Assembly: GCF_004010195.1 (NCBI RefSeq)
Contig: NC_057750.1
Coordinates: forward strand, 4,754,745-4,818,744
DNA from: Chiloscyllium plagiosum
Taxonomy: Eukaryota
DNA length: 64,000 nucleotides
Direction of reading: 5' to 3'
A model generated the notes under the pieces. That model was not told the origin of the DNA, searched no databases, and saw only the letters and a list, made by a program, of their open reading frames with translations. The translations under genes were made by a program, and so were the position numbers. Within the stretch, counting starts at the first letter, position 1. Each line of letters begins with the position of its first letter. Shown piece after piece: positions 26,801 to 38,980 of this stretch.

Positions 26801-28115
26801 GTGAAAACTTCAACAAATCCTTCTTTAGCTGAAAAACCTCTTTGGGATGTCAGATGGCTGTGAATGGTGGTGTAGAAATGAAAAGGTCTGTCGCCATGAG
26901 ATGAAGGTAAATGTTTCTTGATTTCTGAGCTGCATTTGTCCATTGGAACACAACACTGTTTTAACTTGGCAACATGGATAGGCCAAAGCCAACCTCAGCA
27001 TGAGACGTTGCTGTAAATCCAATCCTTTGTAAAATCCAATTTACGCGAACAAAAGTGACTGCAAGTGTGGAGCAGAGTTAGAGCAAAAGAAATATTCGCC
27101 CATCTTCTCTACCTTCAGCAACAGGGCCATGGTTTCTTGATCTCTGCCTCTGGCACAGCATCAAATCTCACACTCTAAACCTCTACCCTTTGTAAGGAAA
27201 AGTCCCAACCTTTTCCCCATCCCCCACTGCTCAAACAACAAGCAAATGGCTAATGAAAAGAAAGCTCCGTTCAAGAAAGGACGAAACATAAAACCAATAA
27301 TTAATACTTACTGCTTGTACTGAAAAGGGCTTTAATTACAAAATCCAGTCTCTGCTTGTATCAGGTTATACTGGTTCTATTGCATTTAAAAAGTGAAAAA
27401 GGCCAATCAACTGCCTCCTGACTGACTGCTATAAATGGCATTTCAAATCCTGAAAAATATACCCAGTTATTCAATGCAAGTGAAATGTTCTCTTTTGATT
27501 ATTGCAGGACTTTCCATCTTCAACTTGGTCTGACCTTGTATCTTCAACTTGGCCCTTCCCTCCAAACAAAATTGTCTCGCAGTTCAAATAAAGGCTTGCA
27601 TTTATGTAGCACCCCTCATAACCACTGGATTTCCCAACCCAGAAAGAGAAATTAGTAATACCTCGAATGACGCATAGTGGTTCAACTCGTTTCTCATATC
27701 TCAGAACAGTGCACCAGAACGACAAGTATTTTCATCTTTGCCGGTTCTTTTCCTGAGTCACTGTTGTAATGTAGGAAACACAGATGTATATGCACAGTAA
27801 ACCCCCACAAACAGCAAGGCAATAATGACTAGACATTCTGTTTTTGTCTGGGGGGATAAACATTGGCTAGGACATGAGGAGGAACTCACCTTCTCTCTCT
27901 TGAAATGGTGGCCATAGGATCTTTTACATTCATCTGAGAAGACAGACCATGCCTTGGTTCAACATCTAATCCCAATTAGAGTACCTCTGACAATGCAGTG
28001 ATCCCTCAGTGTATGTCAACATTGATTCATACACTTTCAGTGAGGCTTGTACCCATGGCCTCCTCATGGCGAGAGTGCTATCTAGCAAGCCTCCACTAAC
28101 CCACATCAATTGTAG

Positions 28116-28321
28116 GTGAAAGTGAGGACTGCAGATGCTGGAGATTAGAGTTGAGAGTGTGGTGCTGGAAAAGCACAGCAGGTCAGGCTGTATCCGAGGA
28201 GCAGGAGAGTTGGTGTTTTGAGCATAAGATCTTCATCAGGAATGCTTATGCTCGAAATGTCGACTCTCCCGATCCTTGGATGCTGCCTAACCTGCTGTGC
28301 TTTTCCAGCACCACACTCTTG
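28116..28321. mobile_element. Short fold-back Penelope-derived element (family A)
   Basis: 17-bp TSD ACCCACATCAATTGTAG at 28099-28115 and 28322-28338. Confidence 0.88.
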
Positions 28322-28437
28322 ACCCACATCAATTGTAGCCCATTATAAGCGAATTGTTAACAAGATCCCTGAGTGATCTATTCCCTGGAGAGTGTGTGCA
28401 AATGGGACATCACTTGAAATGAGGGTGACTCTTTCAT

Positions 28438-28738
28438 GATTAGATTAGATTAGATTCTCACAGTGTGGAAACAGGCCCTTCGGCCAGCAAGTCCACACTG
28501 ACCCTCCGAAGAGTACCCACTCAGACCCATTTCCCTCTGACTAATGCACTTAACACTCTGGGAAATTTACTGTGGCCAATTCACTTGACCTGCACATCTT
28601 TGGCTTGTGGGAGGAAACCCACGGAGACACAGGGAGAATGTGCAAACTCCACACAGACAGTGGCCCGAGGCGAGAATCAAGCCCAGGTTCCTGGTGCTGT
28701 GAGGCAGCAGTGCTAACCACTGAGCCACCATGCTGCCC
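28438..28738 (-). mobile_element. HE1-type V-SINE
   Basis: Same consensus, (gatta)n tail. Confidence 0.88.
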
Positions 28739-29310
28739 ACTAGAGTGGAGGAGGCTGTTGGCACTACAGCTACTGGCCAACCAGGAATCTCTCCCTTGCC
28801 TGCCAATATTGGAAGGGTTTAGTTTGTTATTCAACACAAAGGCAAAAATACTGCAAATCTTTAATAAAAACAAAGTGCTGGAGAAACTCAATAGGTCGGG
28901 TGGCATCTGTAAAGAGTCTAGTATGACTCAAAATGTTATGTTCGTTTGCTCACAAGATATGGATATCATTGAATTTATTGCCCGGCCCTAATTGCCCCTT
29001 GAGAAGGTGGTGCAAAGATGTTTTCTTCAACCACTGCAGTCTGTCTGCTGTAGGGACACCCATGGTGTTGTTCGGGAAGGAATTAAATCAAATATAATTC
29101 AATCCCAATTTTAAAATCATATATTCAGCTTTTTTCTTTTGTAGTCTTTAAACTTGTAAGAGGTTGACACTTGAAAGCAAAATACTATGGATGCTGGAAA
29201 GCTGGGAACAAACACAATACTAGAGATATTAAGTAGTTCTGGCAGCATCTGTGGAGAGAGAATGCAGAGTTAATGTTTTGTGTCTGGTATGACTCTTATT
29301 CAGAACTGAA

Positions 29311-29733
29311 CCACTGAAATTAAACTGACTGGTCTGTAATTTCTGGGCTTATCCTTCTAACCATTTTTGATAAGTAATCAGTATGAGCAATTCTCTGGTC
29401 CTCTGGCACCTCCCCTGAATTTAGGAAAGACTGAGAGATTATGGCGAGTGCCCCTGCAATTTCTATTCTCAAATCCTTCAATATCCTTTGATGCAGTTCA
29501 TCTGTTCCTGGTGTTATGTCATCTTTAAGAATCAAAACTCTAGCCAAACTTTCTCCCGTATCATTTTTGAGTTTTCTAGTGACAGAGTGTTGTCATTGTA
29601 ACCTGGGTAGCATCTACCTCCTTAGTAAAGTATTCATTTAACACCTCAGCCAGGCTCCATCTACCTCCTTGGTAAAGTATTCATTCCATACTTCTGCCAT
29701 GCCTTTGTGTCTCTGCGTAAATCCCCTTTTTGA
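29311..29733 (-). mobile_element. Internal CR1 ORF2 fragment
   Basis: ORF 29320-29547 PGTDELHQRILKDL...GEVPEDQRIA resembles the CR1 pre-RT region. Confidence 0.75.
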
Positions 29734-30668
29734 TCAGAACTGAAGAAAAGTCATATCAGACTTGAAACATTAACTCTGTTTCTCTCTTCACAGGTACTGA
29801 GTTTCTCCTGCATTCTCTAGATTTGTTTGACTGCATAATGACCTTCTGTGACCATGGGATTGATTCTTGGTCAATAAATATTGGCCTCACTAGCAATGCT
29901 CATGCCCTATGAACAAGTTTCTAAAAAAGGCTGGAATTTGTTGGAAGTGAAATTTCTTTTGGACTGATATTCGAAGCCAAGGTGTCATTTCCGAGGGGAC
30001 GTTGACAATCTCTGGATTAGATTTCCTGTCAAGTCTAGCGGATGCCCCCCTTCTCATGAAACAAATTAATCAGCTCCTGTTGTTTCAGAGACATTACTGG
30101 TACAGATTTACTGCTTTGCCACACTCTGAAAGTAATTCGATTTGGGAAATGCATGTTAGATGATTATTATTCAATTATGTTTATTAGGGACCTGGCCAAA
30201 GCTGATGGAGGTTATTTTATTAATTTGAGTTAATTTCTTAGCCGACAGATGGTGGCACGAAGCAACATCTACGTGGAGAAAACAGTGACTGAAACACAGC
30301 CAATGTATGCTTACTGATTAATAATCAGCAGCTCATTATTAATTATGCATTTTATATCACCACATTGCCTCCTGTGGCATTGCTCATAGATAATGTGTCT
30401 GGAACCAGGTCCAAATGCTGTTAGGGTAGTATTGTATTTAACCAGCTGTAATGGCACAAATGCACCAAGTGTCTGACTAAAATAGCTACACCTCGGTCAA
30501 GCAGAGAGCAACTGCTTTTTAGATATTGGGGAGTGCTGATCAATTGTCACAGTTGCAAAGCCAGCAGGTCAGAGAGTTCTGCATTTGCATCATGCCCATA
30601 TTCAACTTTGCGCAAAGCTCCACAGCCAATTAAGCGCAGTGGCAGTTATAATGCAGGAAACACTGATT

Positions 30669-30813
30669 AGGAAAAAGGACGGCAGATGCTGGAGAACAGA
30701 GTCGAGAGTGTGGTACTGGAAAAGCACAGCAAGTCAGGCAGCATTCGAGGAGTACGAGAATTGACGTATCATCAGGAAGGGCTTAATCCCGAAACATCGA
30801 TTCTGCTACGCTT
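30669..30813. mobile_element. Short Penelope-derived element (family A), degenerate
   Basis: 14-bp TSD AGGAAACACTGATT at 30655-30668 and 30814-30827. Confidence 0.8.
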
Positions 30814-31012
30814 AGGAAACACTGATTCCCAACACTTGCACAGCAAGCTCCCACAAACAGCATTGTGACAACGATCTGTCAACATTGTTTGAGGAGAAAA
30901 TATCGGCCAAGTCACTGGAGGACATCTCAACACCCCTGAGGACCGTAACCCAACCTTGCACTTCATTGAAATAGTGGTGTGGGATTTGATTGTTCTTCAC
31001 GTACACCTTGCC

Positions 31013-31220
31013 TGGGTTAGCTCAGTTGGCTGAATGGCTGGTTTCTGAAGCAGCGTAAAGACAGCAGTGTGGGCTTAATTCCTGCACCAGCTGAAGATGC
31101 CATGGAGGACCCTGCTTCTCAACCTCTCCCCTTGCCTGAGACGTGGTGACTCTCGGGTTAAACCACTTCTAGTCATCTTTCGCTAGTGAGGGAGAGCAAG
31201 AGGGAGCTGTTGTGACTTTA
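31013..31220 (+). mobile_element. tRNA-derived SINE, second family
   Basis: ggttagctcagttggc head; homologous copies at about 5190-5405 (-) and 15778-15940 (+). Confidence 0.65.
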
Positions 31221-32881
31221 CTTTTACATATTATCTAAAGGATAGCACCCCCAACATATAGGCACTGTTCCAGCACTCTACTCTATTGTGCCCAGAGAAT
31301 GAGAGCTCAACCCATAATTGCCTAACATGGGGGACAAGAGCCATAAAAGTTCACAGCCAGAAAAGGATCCTTCAGTCCATCGGGTCTGTGCCAGTCCACC
31401 GAGCAACTGTGCTTCGGCTATCATGGGTTTACCAGCAGGTCAGCAAGGTCATCTTAGCTTCTTAGGAGCTTGACCCGAAACCAGTAAATTCATGAACCGG
31501 ACCTGGAGTTATACTCTATATCGCCTTGGCATGGAGGCAGAATGATGTTGGACATTACCCACAAAAATCATTTTCCATCTTGAGCTGGGGATAACATACA
31601 AACTGATTTAAGTAACCCCGTCTCCTTTTTGTGTAAGCAAGAGATCACTGCTGATGGGCTATGTCAGGAGGACAGTATCTGCTGAAGCTGTCAATTTAAA
31701 TGCTGAACAAAGCACAGATAATTATGTCGATGTAAGGATAAGCTAAGGACTACACTAATCCCTCCCTTTGACACCTGTTCAAGAGAGGACGGACCTTGCT
31801 GTGCTGATTTGCTGGTTGAATTTCAGAGCGAGAGTGTTTTGATGACCTGGTTTTAGACTTACTATTCCTTTAGTTATCTGGAAGATGAGAGTTTAACATT
31901 CATTTCCTCTTGCCATCTCTGACAGCACTTTAGACGCGTATGACACAGCAAAAGGGCAGTCAGCCCATCACAGTCTGTTTTGGCTCTTGGTTACATCAAT
32001 GCAGATCAAGTCCCACAACTTGGATAAAAGCAAAGCCCTGCAGATGCCAAAACTCTGACATAAAAGAAGGAAGTGTTGAGAAAATCAAGTTAGTCAGCAT
32101 CTGTGGAGAGAGAATATTGAAAGGAGCTGGAAAGTGGTCTTATGCTGTAGATAGAAACGGGAGGATGGGCGAGTGGAACAGATTGCAAGTGTGTCCAGAG
32201 CAAAAGATTAAGGCAGTGATAATGTTGGTAAAGGAGCGATAGAAGTATAAGATAGATGTAAATATTAAGTGTCAAAAGGTAAAAGTGAGTCTGCCCTGCT
32301 GAGCACAAATCCAAGAGGGCACAAACAAAATGCAGCCAGGGAGAGTGTAGGAAAAATGTAACGATTCTTTATTTTTAATTTGAGACCCTCAGTTCTTATT
32401 TCTCTCATAGCTGAAACATTCTCAGCGTTTGACCCTGTCAAGTGTCCTTTTATCTTTCAATAAGATCACTGCTCATTCTTGTCAATTCCAATGCATCTGG
32501 GCCCAAGTGGAGTTTATTTTCCCAATTAAATGGCAGTTGCTGTCATGTGCCTGAACAGAGAGTGGCAGGAGGTCATTTAACCACCAAAACAGACTCTGTC
32601 TCTCTAACTGTGACCTTATTAAATAGTGGAGCAAGATCAAGGGGCTGATGGGCCAGTCCTGCTCCTAATCCATATGCTTGTACTAGAATCATTGTTGAGT
32701 CAGGTATCATCCTGACTCTGGTCCATACAAAGCGCTTGTTTTGTTTTTGTTCATCCTGGCCTTGCTAGCATTTATTGCCCATTCCTCATCATTATACCCC
32801 ATCCCTAACTGTCCCTTGAGAAGGTATGTGTGAGCCACCATCTGGAGCCACTGCACAGTGATGTGGTGGTGTTGTGGTATG

Positions 32882-33152
32882 TCATAGAGTCATAGAGATG
32901 TACAGCATGGGAACAGACCCTTCTGTCCAACCCGTCCATGCCGGCCAGATATCCCATCCCAATCTAGTCCCAACTGCCAGTGCCCGGCCCATATCCCTCC
33001 AAACCCTTCCTATTCATATACCCATCCATATGCTTCTTAAATGTTGCAATTGTACCAGCCTCCACCACTTCCTCTAGCAACTCATTCCATATACGTACCA
33101 CCCTCTGCATGAAAAAGTTGCCCGTTAGGTCTCTTTTATGTCTTTCCCCTCT
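32882..33152 (-). mobile_element. CR1 (HER1-like) 3' end
   Basis: ORF 32964-33173 FFMQRVVRIWNELL...FKKHMD plus tail. Confidence 0.88.
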
Positions 33153-35457
33153 GTATGTGATTGGACTGATCACCTAGCAACATAGACAAATATCCTGGGG
33201 ACAAGGGTTCAAAACCCATCACGGCCAATAGAGAAAAATGGAATTACCAGTTGTCATTAAAAACTCTTTGGTTCACTAATATCCTTACGCACTCTGAGTG
33301 TACATGTGACTCCAGATTCTTGATTACCCTCTAAAATGGCTGAATAAGTCAATGTTCGAGGGCAGTTAGGAATGGGCAACAAATACTGACTTTGCTAGTG
33401 ATGCCCGCATCCCTTGAGAGAATAAAAAGTCTGGATGTGATGTTGGGTTACCCACACTGTTTCTCCTGAATCTGTCTCGTGTTCTTCGACCAATCATTTT
33501 AAGTCTGTGTCCTCTGGTCCCCAGCCCCAACAAATAGTTGTCCTTTGTTGACTTTGTTACACTCCTTCACGATGTGGAACATCTCCATTAAATATTACCC
33601 ATTCACAAGAGAGAAATCCCAGTCTTCAGCCAAACTGCAGGAGTCCTGTTCCTCAATCTCAGTCAAGTAAATCTCTTGAGCCTAGTCTCCAAAGACTTGC
33701 CTCCTTCCTAGAGATTGACAGCCAGCATTGGACACAATGTGCACAGGGGAGGAAGCAAATTCAGAAAGAGATAGAGTGCAGAGTAGAGGCCATGGCTGCA
33801 TAGGTGGTACAGGTCAGTGAGAGACTACGGCCAATACTGAGCAGGAAGGTACCACCCATAAATGATGTGGGTTCTTAGCAATGCCTACAAGATGGCACCA
33901 CGCCACAAGTTGGGCATTATTGTGAGGGTAATGGAAGTTATCAACAACAAAACTACGGAGAGAAAGAAGGTGTCCTTCTTGTGAACAAATAAACATCTGT
34001 CTGGGAGGATGTGTAAGATGAAGAGCAGGGCGTGGCGACAGTATGTCGAAAGTCTAATGTTCTCTTGTTTTGAGAGAGTCAGGATTAGTGGTCGGTTTAA
34101 CTTAATCCGTTTTTGGTCTGATGACTGATATGGATTGAGTTACTTCCTCAATCTGCAAACACACTTCACTTGTCACTGAGTGAAGAATGTATATCTGTCC
34201 TGAAATTCCTGGATGCTTGTCCTCAGTGAGGTCTTTCAAGGCACTAACAGGTCAATTTCAATGGCCACAGAAACTTACTTAGTCAACTTAATCCCAACTA
34301 GGGAGTCAGGAAGGACCACTGTGATCTTTCAGTGAGGTTCTCAAAAGGCCCTAAATTTCACCTTAAGCCTTCTCTTCCTCTCTCCCACTTTCTCCTCCTC
34401 TTTTAAGGAATTGCCCAAAACCCACCATTTTAGTCAAAATTCTGGTCACCAGTCCTTCTATGACTTCATTTCAAATTTAGTTTAATAATGGATACTGTGA
34501 AGCTCTTACAGATGTTTTACTCTCTTAAAGATACTATGGAACTCATTCAAAAGTTTCCACTGCCTACAAGGCATCAGTGTTTTTTTTTAACATCATTCAT
34601 GGTACATGGGGATTGCTGGTTGGACTAGAGTGTATTGCCTGTCCCTAATTGCCCTTTGAGAAGGTAGTGGGCTGCCTTCATAGAATTTTGACAGTGTGGA
34701 AACAAGCCTTCAGCCCAACAAGTCCACACCGACCTTCCAAAGAGTAATCCACCCAAACCCATCCCCTAACCTATTATCCTACATTTACCCCTGACCAAGG
34801 CACCTAACCTACAAAAGGATGCAAGTTGTATTGAACAAGAAGAAGCTATTCAGCCTCTAAAAACTGTACCACCATTTAAACAGTGCAGCCAATGCATATC
34901 TGAACTCCCCCTCATGAAAATTGTATATATCTTTGCACTGACAGAAATCAAATGATCTATGCCATAGAATCTGCTCTATGAGCTAATGCTAGTCACAGTG
35001 ATTTTGGTGATGGGAATGTCACTCAGTTGTACCTGATAGCACTTATGAGTATGAAATTAAAAAAAGGTAATGGTTCTGAAGTGGTTAACGTTCATGCTAC
35101 ATTTCCTCCACCCTTTCGGCTGGTGTCACACATCAGGTCTGGGTGCAGACAGGGAGTCCTACTTTAGCTTTTCAGCACTCTCACAGTTCTGGTCATGGTG
35201 CTGGACCCAATGGAGTTGTACTTTATTGCCAACTTTGTTAGTCCAAGGACAGAGGGACTTCTGTGGTCACTTTACACTCACCACTAGATAGACCCAAGAC
35301 AAAAGAAGATCGGTAGCAGTGAAACTACTTTCAACAATTATTATCCACAGATAGAGGTGACAAATATACAAGACACCAGCAGTGGTCATCTGAGTAAATA
35401 CTACAGGATGCAGTCATGGACAAAAATATTTCTCATTCCATTTAACTTCAAATCTTC

Positions 35458-35670
35458 AGAGAAACTAATAAGGCCTGGTAGCATCTCTGAAGAGAGAAAC
35501 AGAGTTAATGTTTCAGGAGCAGTGACCCTTCTTCAGAATCTCTGAAGAACAGTCAGATTGAATTTGAAACGTTAACTCTGTTTCTCTTTCCACAGATGGT
35601 GCCAGACCTGCTGAGTTTCTCCAGCATTCTCTGGTTTTGTTTCATATTTGCAGCATCCGCAATTCTTTTG
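35458..35670. mobile_element. Fold-back Penelope-derived element (family B)
   Basis: Inverted arms centred near 35539; CTGAAGA...GAAACGTTAACTCTG on plus and CTGAAGAAGGGTCACTG...GAAAC on minus. Related fragments near 13240, 28840, 29170, 29735, 32025, 37035, 42480, 43490, 46170, 55490 and 56775. Confidence 0.7.
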
Positions 35671-36399
35671 TTTTATAAACTTCAGATCTGGATTTTGGGG
35701 TGTGCAGGTTCTGACATGTGGCCCTGAACCTGTTTTGTCTAAACACTAAACCCCTAATTAATTTTTCCATTTGCTGAGAGCAGAGATCCCAGTTCATTGA
35801 ACACACACCTTAGCAGTGCCTGGTCTAATGAAGTTCAAACCAGCCGAGTGAGTAACAGCAGATCGCCGACCTGGTGTTCCAACTCTTAAGAGGATTTAGT
35901 AAAGGACAAAGCATATGTTTTCTTTCATTGGGATTTATTGTTATGGTTGGACTTGCCTATGAAGAACTGACTTCAGTTAAGCATGAAAAGAAAGGAATGT
36001 TATCATTCAGCAGAGATGGAATTCTGGGAAGGTGCTTGTTCCCAGTTCTTGTCCCTCAGAGGAATGCTCCACATCACTTAAAATGAGCCCGTCCCTGCAG
36101 TGATGTTCCCATTGGACCTTATGGCTGGTGCAACAACGACTGTATTCCTGTAGCGCCATTGTTGCAGTATAATGCATGGAGCCACGTTTCACAAATCACC
36201 TTCTAAAATTTGCAAAGATGGGGCCAACGATTAAGAAACAAACCTTTACCAGGCCGAAGAATGCCTGTTAGATCCAGAGAAGTGAGAGAGAGAGAACAAT
36301 TGCCTCTCCTTTATCGAAAGAGTCATTTAAGAAATGCAAAACGCTTCATTACAAAACCAGATGACAGTGGCGGGGGTTTCATTGACAAAAAGTAAGAGA

Positions 36400-36870
36400 A
36401 TTTGCATTTATATAATACCTTGCACAAACTTAGAATATTTCAAAGTGATTTAGGGACAACGTGGTGCATCTAAAGCATTGTCATTGTGTTAGGATCAGCT
36501 CCATAGTTCTTGACTCCCTCATTTGCAGAAAGTGTTTTGTTGATAACATGCACACACAGCAAGCTCCCACCAACAACAATGTGTTGGTGATCAGATAATT
36601 TGTTTATGTTGATGTTGGCTGGTTGAGGGAGGGATAAATATTGACAAGAATGCCAGACTGCCATCACCTCTTTGCACCTAGCATTGTTCTTGTTCAAACA
36701 ACATCCACCTGGGATTGCAGACAATGCCTGAGTTTAGCATCTTACCTCGAAGCTGGTGCATACCTTTGACAGAGCAGCATTCCCTTAGTACTGCACTGGG
36801 AACATCAGCCTGGATTTTGCTGTCTTGCTCTAACATGAACCCAAAGACAGAGACAAGATTGCTAACTAAC
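36400..36870 (-). mobile_element. Old DeuSINE/SacSINE1-like element
   Basis: Reverse complement of cagtactRagggaRtgctgc...aatatttatccctc...gtgggagcttgctgtg...ataaatgcaa. Related fragments near 11310, 13100, 22730, 27700, 30600, 37790, 47990 and 56640. Confidence 0.6.
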
Positions 36871-37277
36871 CACAGCAGACCGCCAACCATGCACTGTACT
36901 CAGTACATCAGTATTTAGTGGGGTCAGTACCTAGTACCTAGTTGAACTGAACACTGTCTATGTCCTGTGTCCTGTCCTCCAATACATGCTTGAAAATGCA
37001 CGAACACCTGCTTTCTACTCATATAAATAAAACAATGAATTGGAGATGTTGGAGAAACTTAGCAGGTCTGGCAGCATCTGTGGAGAGAGAAACAGTTAAT
37101 GTTTTGAGTACAACTTTTTTCAGATTGTGGGAGTTTAGGGCTATGGGACTGACCCTAAAAGTTACACCCAGATTTTTCAGAAATTAAATATTTCTACACG
37201 CACAAAAACAATCCAGATCTGTCTTCTCCGAAAGACAAGCTCGATCAACTGCTCAGTTGAAATCCGAGGTTACTTTT

Positions 37278-37601
37278 TAGATTAGATTAGATTACATTAC
37301 ATTACAGTGTGGAAACAGGCCCTTCGGCCCAACAAGTCCACACCGACCCGCCGAAGCGAAACCCACCCATACCCCTACATTTACCCCTTACCTAACATTA
37401 CGGGCAATTTAGCATGGCCAATTCACCTGACCCTGCACATCTTTTGGACTGTGGGAGGAAACCGGAGCACCCGGAGGAAACCCACGCAGACACGGGGAGA
37501 ACGTGCAAACTCCACACAGTCAGTCGCCTGAGGCAGGAATTGAACCCGGGTCTCAGGCGCTGTGAGGCAGCAGTGCTAACCACTGTGCCACCGCGCCGCC
37601 C
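37278..37601 (-). mobile_element. HE1-type V-SINE, young
   Basis: Highly similar to the 19239 copy. Confidence 0.92.
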
Positions 37602-37919
37602 ATGAGGTCTGTTACTTGAGGTCTGTTATCCAAAGGGATATGAGGGTAAAGGTGGGTAAATGGAGTTAGATTATAGATGATCACACTGAATAGCAGATGA
37701 GGCTTGAGGGGCTGAACGGCCTCCTCATTTCCTATGTTGGAATCCAACTCTTTGAAATTTGAGTTAAAATTTTACGTTGACATACCGCACGCAGCAGTGA
37801 AGGTGTGCTGCATCGTTAACAGAGCCTCTTTTGTTTCCCGGATGACAGAGTGGAACTAAATGTAATCTCAGCTAAAGGCAGAAGATCCCATGGCCACTGT
37901 TTCGAAGAAGAGCAGGGAA

Positions 37920-37951
<32 letters not shown>

Positions 37952-38657
37952 TCTCTTTCTGGTGACGTGGCCAAGATTTATCCCTCAAGCTACATCACAC
38001 TGCTCTTTGTGGGAGCAATGCACAAGTTGGTCTCCAAGAGAAACTACATTTCAAAAGCACCGTCAAGCATATGCACTTATGTTGAATATAAGTGCAATTC
38101 CATCTTCATGCATTGCCCTCATTGTTTCCAATCTTGGTGTAGTTTTTGAGCAGCTAACGGTTGCCGACTGCTTTACCAGGAATTCTAAGTGTATGTCGAT
38201 TAATTCCCTCTTTGGTGTTTTTTCCATTGGTCTGGGGGGGGGAGGGAGGGGTTCCAGGGCTGAGATGAAACCATCATAGCTCTGTTTAGTAAATGTCCAA
38301 AAAAACACCATATGGCCCCTGCAAAATCTTTGAATGTGACTTACCCATAAATCCTCCTCAGAGGGGATTAAAAACGACCCAGAACGAGTTGTAAATAAAC
38401 CTCAACACTGTCAACATCAAATTGGGATTAAGGCCGGGGACAAACAGCAATTGTTTTCAAATTGTTGTGCAGTGGAGTGCTCTTAAACGAGAAAGATAGT
38501 TACAGGATGATCATTAAAAGTCCTCTCTTTGGCTGTGCTACCAGCTTGGTATCAAGTCCTGTTTGATTATTTCTCCTGGATGCTTTACAATATCGAAGTT
38601 GCTGTGTTTGTGCAAGTTGTTGTTATTTAGATTGTGTTCACACTGGGGATTTATTCA

Positions 38658-38980
38658 TTAGATATTAGATTAGATTCCCTACAGTGTAGAAACAGGCCCT
38701 TTGGCCCAACAAGCTCCACCGACCTTCCAAAGAGTAACCATTCCCCTACTCTAGATTTACCCCTGATGAATGCACCTAACACTGCGGACAATTTAGCATG
38801 ACCAATTCACCTGACCTGCACATCTTTGGATTGTGGGAGGAACAGGAGCACCCGGAGGAAATCCAAGCAGACACAGGGAGAATGTGCAAACTCCACACAG
38901 ACAGTTGGCTGAGGCGGGAATCAAACCCGGGTCCCTGGTGCTGTGAGGCAGCAGTGCTAACCACTGAGCCAACGTGCTGT
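38658..38980 (-). mobile_element. HE1-type V-SINE
   Basis: Same consensus. Confidence 0.88.
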
